From Octopus sinensis (lineage: Eukaryota), in NCBI RefSeq assembly GCF_006345805.1, contig NC_043003.1, forward strand, positions 110,360,001 through 110,424,000: 64,000 nucleotides of DNA, given 5' to 3'. Under the pieces are notes generated by a model. The model saw only the letters and a program-made list of their open reading frames with translations, ran no database searches and was not told the origin of the DNA. This document shows positions 53,480 through 64,000 of the stretch, one piece after another. How positions within the stretch are numbered: the first letter of the stretch is position 1; each line of letters begins with the position of its first letter. Both the position numbers and the translations under genes were made by a program.

Positions 53480-53725
53480 CCTATATAGACATATATAGTA
53501 ATCACATGTAGTCACTTTTACAATGAGTCAGGTGTTTTGTAATGAATGTGCTTACTGGGTTACTCAATATATAATTTCTTAAGAAGTACTGGGCGACGAT
53601 GTTAATCAGTGCTTAAGTTGATATCTCTGTGTTGAATATGAATTTTGGGGTGCGTAATGAGAAACAATTATTTGAATATATGCATGTCCTTGTGTATATC
53701 CGTGTCAGTATGTTTATATTTCTGC

Positions 53726-53784
<59 letters not shown>

Positions 53785-53933
53785 CACAAATATATTTATA
53801 TATGTATATATATTATAAACATACATATATATATACATATATATGTGTGTGTGTGTATGTGTGTAAATATATTTACTTATATATATTCATATATATATAT
53901 ATGTGTGTGTGTGCCTGTGTGTCAGTATGTATA

Positions 53934-53973
<40 letters not shown>

Positions 53974-54214
53974 TGACACGCATGCAAACACAATCCTGTG
54001 TTAAGTGGCTGCTCGTATACGCATGTGTTGATGCTTGTGAACTTATGCTATGGAGTAACTTTGCTAGAGATAGCAGTAGGTATATTTCTTTCGCCTAAAT
54101 CGTGGAACTGGGTTTTTTAAACTTTGAATGAAAAGTTTAGTTCTTTTGCTCGACTACAGTCCGTGTATTATTTTTCGGAGTTTTTATAATAATAATATTA
54201 ATAATATTAATAAT

Positions 54215-54256
<42 letters not shown>

Positions 54257-54907
54257 AATAATCCCGGTACTACATGTTGACACTTCTTTGCACTTGGTTT
54301 ATTTTTATTTGTATTTATGCCGCGTGTAATATCCATTGTTGTTGGATAGAAAAAAACTCCACTTAATGATGATAGAAATATAAAAGTTCATTAATGTTCT
54401 TCCATTAGTTTAGCGTTGTTTTTAATAAAATGCCTGCATTTTATCTATTGGTTTGTTGCATTATATTACTACTAAAATATAGTATGCTTTCCTACTGCAT
54501 TGACTTATCGAAATATTATGCGCATTTTTTTATATACATTCGCAATTCAGAATCTATTATTTATGTTTAATGATTATTTCTTTATTGATTCCAGTATCTA
54601 AATTTAATATAAGCAATGGATTGGAAAAGCCTCCATATATTACTGGCCAACCAGCTATAGATATTTGAAAGAAGAGTGAACGCAAACGGAAGTGAAGGCT
54701 TCTACATATATCTCGTAAGGTTATTTTTGGTCCCTACTGTTTAGATATTACCACTGCTCTAACAGGAACAGGAGTACGTATTACTGTAATTGAGATGGGA
54801 TGCTGTATACTGAATTATGTGTTATATTGCAAAGCATCACTGAATGCGACGAATTGGCAGAATCGTAGTTACGCCAGGTAAAATACTCAGCAGTATTTCG
54901 TCCGTTT

Positions 54908-55141
54908 AAGGCGGCGAGCTGGCAGAAACGTTTGCGCGCCGGGCGAAATGCTTAGCGGTATTTCGTCTGCCGCTACGTTCTGAGTTCAAATTCCACCGAG
55001 GTCGACTTTGCTTTTCCTCCTTTCGGGGTCGATGAAATAAGTACCAGTTACGCACTGGGGTAGATATAATCGGCTTACTCCGTTTGTCTCTCCTTGTTTG
55101 TCCTCTCTGTGTTTAGCCCCCTGTGGGTAGTAAAGAAATAG
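54908..55141 (+). mobile_element. Young tRNA-derived SINE nested in an older related SINE (54846-55290)
   Basis: AAGGCGGCGAGCTGGCAGAAACG..GAGTTCAAATTCC..GTAAAGAAATAG, flanked by GTATTTCGTCCGTTT at 54893-54907 and 55142-55156. Confidence 0.85.
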
Positions 55142-55319
55142 GTATTTCGTCCGTTTTCGCGTTCTGAGTTCAATGTTAATTTTGCCTTTCATTTTTCTGG
55201 ATTCGATAAGTGCCAGTTGAACACTGGGATGGATGTAATCGACTTACCTCCTTCCTCCAAACTGACTCACTTGTGCCAAAAATATTATTTATTATTTCTA
55301 TGACTATAATAGTGTTGAG

Positions 55320-55560
55320 AAGCGCATTGTCAGTGATTCAGAGTATGGCACTCTCCATCACAAGATCGATTCCCGAGCCAGGGAATGCATTGTGTTTGTC
55401 ATCACATTGTTTCATTTCACATTTCTCCACGACATTGTACTGTAATTGAGTTAAGCTACGACGGACTGGCATCCCGTTCAATGATCACGTTTGATCTCGA
55501 TCACCTACCCGCCATAGAAACGGGATAACCGGTCGTATGAATTCTAAGACTTGAGGCAAT
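55320..55560 (+). mobile_element. Old SINE remnant
   Basis: Degraded B-box AAGATCGATTCCC. The tail CGACGGACTGGCATCCCGTTCA..GAAACGGGATAACCGG resembles the tail of 31691-31998. Confidence 0.5.
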
Positions 55561-57320
55561 GATGTCCAGGGAGGCTTTCTTATTAGTGTAGTTACTTTTT
55601 AAGGTACTCTATTCATATTCTTAAAGACATTAGCTAAAAAATGGGCATGTTTTTCCAATCTTATCCCCAGACACACGCCTGAACATCGGATGCTGACAAG
55701 ATACTGCAGCTAAGAAATCTGCTTAGATACATGTTTAGAGAAAATGGAATATAATATGTGGAGCATTATTTTGACACACACTCGATGTTGTTAGAGTGAA
55801 TTAATACAGTAAATTGCACTCTCGTACTATTATCCGGTGAAACATGGCATTTAACTCACGATACCCCATATGTCTAGTAAATATTTCAGCTATAGTAATA
55901 CATTTGTTTACGTCTGCAAATGCAGAAAGCTTCATTTTAGAATAGAAGATATATTCTATTTAGAAAGAATGAGGTATCGTTTTACTAGAAGTCTCATTTT
56001 TGTGTTTGAAAGAAATGGAGTATACACTAAAATTGTCCTCCATGGTTAACAAAACCTAATCAGTAATATTGGTTTTCTATACTGGCCCAAGTGTAAGCAT
56101 TCGTGGTGGATTAATGTAATCACCAGTGGAACTCAGTGTGTGGTTCGTACTCATCTTTTTCATAGGAGGGGGGGGGGAATGAAACCAGCGCATAAATAGC
56201 CAGGGATATATGTTCCGATGCATTTAAACGAGCTATGGAGCATGTGTGGACACTTTTGACGTAATACTTGGTGTTCGTGACACCCTTATAATTCACTTTT
56301 ATCATTTCTGTATCGGTTTTTATTCTATTTTATTTGAAGAAAACTGTAATTATCAATGAAGTTCTTCTTCATATCTCTATTATTATCATCATCATCATCA
56401 TTATCATCATCGTCGTTGTTGTTGCTTTTATAATTGTTGTTGCTCTTGCTATTTTACGAAATATTTCGGTTCAAGCTTATAATAGTTATTGTGTCATGTT
56501 TCCCGAACTTCCGTCCAATTTCAACGACTCCTTTCTCTATTGTCACATGGAATTTAAAGTCGAAAACATAAAATATTTATGCATGTTAGGGACTTTTATT
56601 AGGCCAATTTTCATCTTATTTATTCAGTTTTCTCTAAATCAGTTTAAAGACAATGTGACTGCATCACATTTTGAAAAAGCACGAATGTTACTAGCTGAGA
56701 AAAATGCGTTTACAAAGGAGTTGTCTGTTCACATATGAAACCTAATAATTGCAGAATCATTTTATCAGTAAAAGACAATCTGTATAGTTCTGTTTACTTG
56801 CATAAGATTCTCCACTTTAGTATTCCTCATTTTATGGGTACCTCTCAAATACATATTTGACTAAATTCGTTGTATATTTGGCGGAAGTGTCCGTTAGACT
56901 GATTTCACACAAAATGTATTAAATCAATTATTCTTTCACTCACAATCTAGAAGAATCTTAAATAGAATAAGTAATTCCGAAACTTTAACAGATTTCTAAA
57001 CAGATCATTATCACTTGAAGTATTTAATTGTCTCATAAACATTGTTATTTTAAGATGCAATTTCCGAAAATATTTTTAAATAAAACTTTCCTCTATTCTC
57101 AATTGTCAGTGGAAAATCTATTAAGATGATGAATTATTCATATTATTAATAAGATAATAACTAGTAATTTATATTTTCGAAGTTAATACTACGCATTTTC
57201 AAATATTCACGCCAGTTATGTACCTCTTTAAAATATTGGATATTATACAGACTAAACAATAAAAATGTCAGTCAAATTTGTCATGTCGATATTAAGACTA
57301 GCTCAGATGCATGATTGCCT

Positions 57321-57358
57321 CTATGAATCATGTTGAATATCGTATGTAGTTTTAAAAT
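57321..57358 (-). CDS. Candidate proximal terminal exon: (D)FKTTYDIQHDS*
   Basis: Follows a short GTTTGA..ATTATATTTCAG intron (57455-57359) in phase 1. Confidence 0.35.
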
Positions 57359-57455
57359 CTGAAATATAATAATTTAGAAACGTGTGTTAATATACAAAAT
57401 CAATATCTGCATAGCACTCGAGTAATTCTCAATTGCCATGGAGTTGTTATCAAAC

Positions 57456-57622
57456 CTGGCATGTCACCACTGATAATGCTTCTTTCTTCTTCTTCTTTAT
57501 TTTGGTCTATTGCCAAGGAGTCCGTTGATTCATCGTCGGCCACAGGGCCATCTAAGAAAGTTATGTGGGCATATTTGTGGACTAGAGGATGCTCCTCCTC
57601 TGCTGGCTGAATAATAGGAACT
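57456..57622 (-). CDS. Internal coding exon of an unidentified host gene
   Basis: Strong acceptor ACTTTTATTTCTCTCCAG|, 167 nt, phase 2 to phase 1. It reads VPIIQPAEEEHPLVHKYAHITFLDGPVADDESTDSLAIDQNKEEEERSIISGDMP, with donor AG|GTTTGA (weak; read-through would give GLITTPWQLRITRVLCRY*). Confidence 0.65.
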
Positions 57623-58939
57623 CTGGAGAGAAATAAAAGTTTATATGAATTAATATACGTTTAAGTTTTTAAAAAAATGTTCGAATGGCTTGTGCATATA
57701 AAGGACAATAAATAATATATAAGAACTTTTATAAATATTTAATGTGAATAATGGTAAAAATATACGGACAGAAAATATTATTTCGCAGCAGTATATATGC
57801 ACCAAGAGAAAGAGTGAAGTGACTAAACCTGTCCATGAAGACTCCACAGAAAGACAAAAATAATATAGTACAGTTTAGCAATTATTATGAAGCATAGTAA
57901 AAGTAAGCATAATCTCAAAGAACAGAAATTAAAACTACCAAAATGTTTACGAAAACGAAGCAGAGGGAATAGCACAAAATTGATAGGGATCTCCTGTATA
58001 GCTTCTGAAAGATTTTAGGTCAACTAATGAATGAGAATGGAGGAAAAGATTGTTAGAACCGTTTCATTATCACCTACATTTGAGCGAGATGATATGACAG
58101 CGTTCAACCAAATAAATGAAAATGTTGAGCTTTCCTTAAACGAGCGAATGATTAAGAATCTAAAGATATTTAAAAACAAAACAATAGAAGTGCCAAAAGT
58201 AATTCCACTCGAAAACATGACAACTGATATGGACACCACTGTCAAGTTGTTAATGCCATAGTAAATCGGGGAGGCGTGCAAAATCCACACAGAACAAAAC
58301 AATGGCTTTCTAGCGAGAAAGCCAAAGAGAAGACATCATAAGCAGTACTTCGATACTTAGAGTGAGATCACATTTTTAATGTAGCCATTGAAAATAAATT
58401 ACTGAAAAACTGAAAACGCTCGTTAATAGCGGAACAACGAGGGATTTAGAGTAGGTAAGTTTGTATCAACCTCAAGCAGGCGTTTGAAATTCTGGCATAC
58501 GCCATTCTGTTTCCTTCACAGAGGGGGAACGCTTCTCACAAATTTCACTTCGCTCCATAATCTTGCATCACAAATATGTACAAAATGTGTGCAAAATGAG
58601 CGAAATGATATTCAATAGAAAATATTGGATATATTTTAAGTACGCTGACGTCTCTTGGCTGTGGTGCGTCAAAGTTTGAAAGCCTGAAGAAATGGTACGA
58701 TGAGTAAATGATCATTTACTTGAGAATCTCTACTATTCATATAGCATTTACCTATTATTCCAGAATCTCACAGACATAGAGAAAATAGCGGACATACTAA
58801 CATATATAGCTGTGAAAAGTGAATTTAGAGTGATGTTGGAATGGCAAGGATAATGAATATTCAAAGCCATGGACCTGGTTTTGTCAATCTTAAGAGAGCT
58901 ATGCTGAATAAACTGTAATGTTCCACCCAATTAACATAC

Positions 58940-59029
58940 TTGGCATTTGCAACTGGATTTACGAAGCGAAACTTGGACCGCATAATTAAATCTTCACCAT
59001 TGTAGCACATTTCAGAACAGTAAAAATAA
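58940..59029 (-). CDS. Candidate 90-nt phase-2 exon YFYCSEMCYNGEDLIMRSKFRFVNPVANA
   Basis: Good donor AA|GTATGT in phase with the 57622 exon. It needs the weak acceptor CAAAG| at 59030, because all frames from the stronger TTTTCAG| (exon start 59045) are closed. Confidence 0.45.
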
Positions 59030-60515
59030 CTTTGAACGTGTTAACCTGAAAATTTTAAATAGCATCATTTTTCTTCTTCTATCGTTTTGAAATTTATGAC
59101 AAATGAACGCTCGTAGCATTCATAAGCAGGTGCTGCTGTTATAAGTACCATATACCTGATGTATCCAGAAATTGTGAACAATCTAGACCTTCGTGGATAA
59201 TAAGGAATCTATTGACCAGAATATATAAGAAATGAAGATGCATAGGTTACAATTGAAGTGGAATATTAAGATGTTTAGTTAAAATAAATTGGGTAAAATG
59301 CCCAATTGGGTAAAGTAGCCAATGAAAGTTTGATGGAAATTAGCAGAAATGATTTAAAGAGAACACCGGTAACACAGAATCATGTCAGATAAGAGCGGTT
59401 TTGAGAGACTAATTTAGAAATACTACATTCCACCTGGAATCCAACACACCTTGGTGACAATGATGAATATCATTTCTTATTCCAGTTATCAATACTGGTC
59501 AATGTTGACCAAGTCCACGCTTAATTGTTGCTCAATGGTCCTGCACAATACAAGGAACACATGCTATCAACCATATTTTGTTTTAGCATCCAAGTTGGTT
59601 TAATTCCGACAGCAACGTAATTGTGAAAGTTAAAGCATGACATTAACTATTGTAAAGCAATTAATATTATTTAATATCGCCATTTCATGTCTCTTCCCTT
59701 TATAGTAGATGCATTTTCGCAAAGCGTTATGTACCAGCAATTTTCAGTCTATAAAACTGAAAGCTAAAAGGAAACAAAAAAAGCAACAAATGTACATGAG
59801 TAGTGTATTCAAGCTACTTTTGCGAAAACTATAATTTTTGGCATGGACCCATGGAAGACATTTCTAATTAAATACTCGACTGAGGGCAAAGTAATTATGG
59901 AGAAGCATGACTGTCAATCTTAGTTGGCAACCATAGATAAAGAATAAAATAAACATTTAGTATTTTTACTAAATTTAAAATTGATTTACTTTTGAGATAA
60001 TACAATTTCCTTTCGTGGATAAAAATAGGCTAATTCTTAATTAATGTCTATCTTGATGAAAATAGCAATGTGAGTTGCGAACACAAATACTATATCAGCC
60101 TCTAAAATTTTGTTGATTGAATTTCAAAGAAATGTTGACTTGGTTTTTATTACGATCAAAACTTGATATGCCACGTGAATTGTGAGACTAGCAGATATTA
60201 GACGGATAACGTCAACTTTAAATTTCTACATGAAACCTGAGTTACGATACTACGACCATTCGCAAGTAAGAACATGATATTACACGATTCCTGTATTTGA
60301 CTACAAATTCGTCCAAGATTCGGTAAAACACATAGACATGATTTCATTTTGTTTCAACTGATATGAAAAATCATTTCAATTCTTTCAAGGAAATATGCAT
60401 TCTTCAAACATTATTTGAATTTATTTAGAATTTAAAATGTAACTTACATACAGAAAGATCAATAGAGACCCATTAACGAAAATAATTACGAATTCAAAAA
60501 AACCGTTGAACTTAC

Positions 60516-60662
60516 TCGGCTTGCTCTGTAGAGCTTTGTAAGCTGTGCTTCGACGTGGATTCTGATTTTGTACAATATACTGTCGCATAGGTATCATCAT
60601 AGTGTTCATTTTGGACGAATTCTTCTCTCATTGGCGTCAATTTATTAAAAGTAGGTTTCTTA
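60516..60662 (-). CDS. Internal 147-nt phase-2 coding exon
   Basis: TTATATTTTCAG| ... GA|GTAAGT, with only one frame open: KKPTFNKLTPMREEFVQNEHYDDTYATVYCTKSESTSKHSLQSSTEQA. Confidence 0.7.
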
Positions 60663-61344
60663 CTGAAAATATAAGCGAGAAAGGATTATTGAAGAATATA
60701 TATATACGAATATACATATATATGTTTGTGTTTGTGCGTATGTGTCTCTATGTAGATAGAAACATAAAAATAGATGTAACTCGTAGGCGATTGCGACTTG
60801 ATGTTTTGTACCATAATTTCACTAACGGTTTTCTGTGCATTTGTATGTTCGGTAATACATAGATACACATTTAGACTTCCTACATTTTAAGTATGTTAAA
60901 GATTTAATAAATAAATCTTCAACTTAATAAATAAAGTTGAAGTCGCTGTACCAGCAAATATATTCGTTGAATATCAGTAGTTGAACAACTGCTATAAGTA
61001 AGGATGTAAGTGATCCAGATCAATGTCAGAGGGCACTTGCCTAAGGAAAAGTGAAGGGCTATGGAGCTCGAAGCAATATAAGCTGTGGGAGTAACTTGTC
61101 ACCTACACGCTCGTGAGGTACTAGAATGGCCTCTATTATTTGGAGCTGAGTGGCCCCCTTGGCATTTACATTTATGCGTACCATAATCACTTATATGTCT
61201 TCTCGTCCGGTCGCATATGTTGTGTTAACCTACATCCTGCTCTAAATACGGTAAAGGCATTTTCATCCCCAGAAATTCAACGCCCTGGAATTGTATTGCA
61301 GCAGATATCATTTCTTTTTGCACACAGCCATTGCTTTGCAACAC

Positions 61345-61416
61345 CTGTAGAAGTTAAAATTATCATTTTCAGTGTTGTGGGATCGTGTGCAAACTCCATA
61401 GGCGTTGATTCCCACT
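61345..61416 (-). CDS. Candidate 72-nt phase-2 exon VGINAYGVCTRSHNTENDNFNFY
   Basis: TTTTTATATACGTATTTTCTAG| ... AG|GTGTTG (weak donor). The length is a multiple of 3 and it joins the 60662 exon in frame. Confidence 0.35.
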
Positions 61417-61650
61417 CTAGAAAATACGTATATAAAAATAGACACAAGCAGCATAAGATTAATTATGCCGGAGAAAATCGAAAGTGTAGTGTATAATATA
61501 TATTTAAAAACGTATATTGCAGAAATTAAGAAACAAACAATGAAATTTAGAATCATATAAGAATGGAATTATTGGTGGCGTATATGTATCATTAGGACAA
61601 CTACAAATACGGACATGCTTTTTAAAGGGCATAATAATTTCTCAAAGATT

Positions 61651-61713
<63 letters not shown>

Positions 61714-61734
61714 TACATACGTACATATCAAGAG

Positions 61735-62057
61735 CGAAGTCCGGAACTTCGGACACGAAGAGCCTTGGGATTGCATTGAGAAAGTTCTCCCTCCGAGGCA
61801 CCATCCCTGGCAAAGTATTTTGTAGAACACCAGCAGTCGCCGAGGCATACCAGTCTCCCCACTCCACGCCACCAATGTTGTCCAAGGCAAAGGTCAAAAC
61901 AGATTGATGCTAGTGATATCGTAACTCATTTCTATTGTTTAGCGAACTAGAGTAACGTGAAGTAAAGTGTTTTGTCAAGAAAGAAAAGTGGAATCGAACC
62001 CACAACACTAAGATTGTAAGCCCAATGCCTGTAACCATTGAGTGATGTGCCTTCACA
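61735..62057 (-). mobile_element. tRNA-derived SINE (family of 30244-30576)
   Basis: AAGTTCTCCCTCCGAGGCAC..TTGTCCAAGGCAAAGG..AACTCATTTCTA..GGAATCGAACCCAC..AACCATTGAGTGATGTGCCTTCAC. Confidence 0.8.
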
Positions 62058-63135
62058 CGCACATATATACTTATATGTATGTGTGTATATGTGCAAGTGT
62101 GTATATGTGAAAGTATATAAATGCGTGTGTATAAATATAATAAAGAAGATAGAAGCGTATCCTTGTACGTTTGTATATTTGTTTGTAAAGGACAGTCGAT
62201 AAATTACCCTCCAGAAACTTGGAAAGAAAAAATATCAGAAGCACTAATACATGAAATCAGTTCAAGAAGATTGATATACCTGAACATAGAGAGGAGATTT
62301 TCTTTGCTTTAGTGCTTCTGTTTTGGAGTATTTTGATAAAAAAGGACATAAGAAGCAGACAAATGTCAGTTCAACATAAATATCAACAATTATCACTCAT
62401 ACTGAAATACATAATCATGTATTTCCATATATGTGAGTGGTTTCGTGTGTATGAGTATAAAACTGGAGATGCGCTAACGCTTCCTTCGTATTTGAATCAT
62501 ACGCGCAGGTGCGGCACGTGCAGACACCTACATCTAAGTAGTGACTTTCTGAACTACATATAGATTCGATTGAATCAAAATTTATTCGTTCTAGTCTCAT
62601 AGGTATTAGAATAAATATACTACAAATTATAAATCTAATAATCTTCTATAAACCGCACACACGCACAAAGACTCAGGCTCATACAACTGATATGCATGCG
62701 TGTGCTTGTAAACACTCACTCACATACACACACTCGTCCACATACCTACACACATAACACACAAAAACACGCATGCACTCACACACACATTCACATACAG
62801 AAAATCTGGAAAGGTGCAGTTTTCAAGCTAATATATCTCGGAAGTGAATACATAGATGCCAGATATATCAACATGACAAAAACGCAGAAGAAATTGATTA
62901 GACAGTTGTAATTTAGCAAAGCTATATATAAATATCTTACACTTGGCATAGCTGTGATGAAAAACAGAATTTCGTTTCTTTTGTTCAATATTAGGAAAAT
63001 AATACGAAAGAAAATATTTTTAAATGGATTAACAATACAAAAACTCTGGAGAAAGATTGCAGCGAAATATTATATTAGATTATAGCTACATACAACCCAC
63101 GCACATCTCTCCCTCTTTATCTCTATCTCTCTCTC

Positions 63136-63207
<72 letters not shown>

Positions 63208-63376
63208 CGTGTGCGGGTGTGTGTGTATTTATATCTAGATATCAATATAGTTTTATAAACATATATTCATATATACGTACATATATATGTACACATATAT
63301 AAATATATATATATATACATATATATATATTATATATATATATATTATATATATATATATATATTATATATATATA

Positions 63377-63413
<37 letters not shown>

Positions 63414-64000
63414 GAACGCCTGATTTTTTTCGAATTTCTGTATCAAAAAGGTTGGCTTTATCCAATATTTCTATGCTTTTATTTATTAGTTTATATGTAA
63501 TTCGAGAAACAGTTCCCTCAATAGTCACTCTCCGTTATCTCGGAACTTGATAAATTTTCATGACATCAAATATATATTTATATAAATACGCATACACACA
63601 CGCATGCACACACACACACACACGCATACACACACACACACACACGCAAACACACACACACAAACACTCATACACAAACACACAGGCATATATTAAACAG
63701 ATACATTTTTTTTTAAATGTTACAAATGGATTTTCAGCAAAAGAATCTAGCCTAGTGTCAAAAAAAATAGGACTCTTATTTTCCGGTTTGAAATATTTAT
63801 AATTTTAAAAATTAATGGATTTTGTAACAACACATATATTCACTAACATAAATCAATTTAAGCACGCCTCTAGAAACATAAATGTTTTCGACCTAATTGA
63901 TAATGATGCTTTCCAAAATGGTAATATACAAATTAAGCTTATATATATACGTGTATATTTGTGCGTCCATGCGTATGTGTGTGAATGTGTGTGCGTGAGT

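Noticed and set aside
58024-58312. Overlapping ORFs (plus MRMEEKIV.., minus hydrophobic FCSVWIL..)
   Set aside because: The plus ORF follows an in-frame stop and has no acceptor. The minus frame has a fair acceptor but reads like an antisense shadow. Neither is recognisable, so no call is made.
59041-59045. A-to-I recoding of the TAA to rescue the 59045 exon
   Set aside because: It would need both adenosines edited (TAA to TGG), and no pairing partner was identified. It is speculative without RNA data.

Overview
Eukaryotic, AT-rich, microsatellite-saturated DNA. The tRNA-derived SINE families and the (TA)n/(CA)n/(TATG)n load are typical of an octopus genome; this is an inference from repeat content, and no search was run. 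Most six-frame ORFs are microsatellite artefacts. Positions 1-41 kb are mostly decayed mobile elements: a Penelope-like GIY-YIG/RT element, mariner and Tc1 relics, RTE, CR1 and R4/Dong LINE fragments, a Helitron with both termini and a near-intact PIF1-type helicase region, and many SINEs. Positions ~43-61.4 kb contain candidate exons of an unidentified minus-strand host gene, with several possible phase-1 last exons. The most interesting signals are four. (1) Five non-tandem ACUAAC+(G)CAUG composite motifs at 50.7 kb, matching STAR/QKI and RBFOX sites. (2) A tandem-plus-inverted array of type I hammerhead ribozyme repeats at 40.6-41.8 kb. (3) A young A-B-A element in a (TA)n tract whose repeats carry hammerhead core segments in a non-canonical order. 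(4) Repeated fold-back architectures that could form dsRNA. All coordinates were read by eye and may be off by a few bases at decayed ends.
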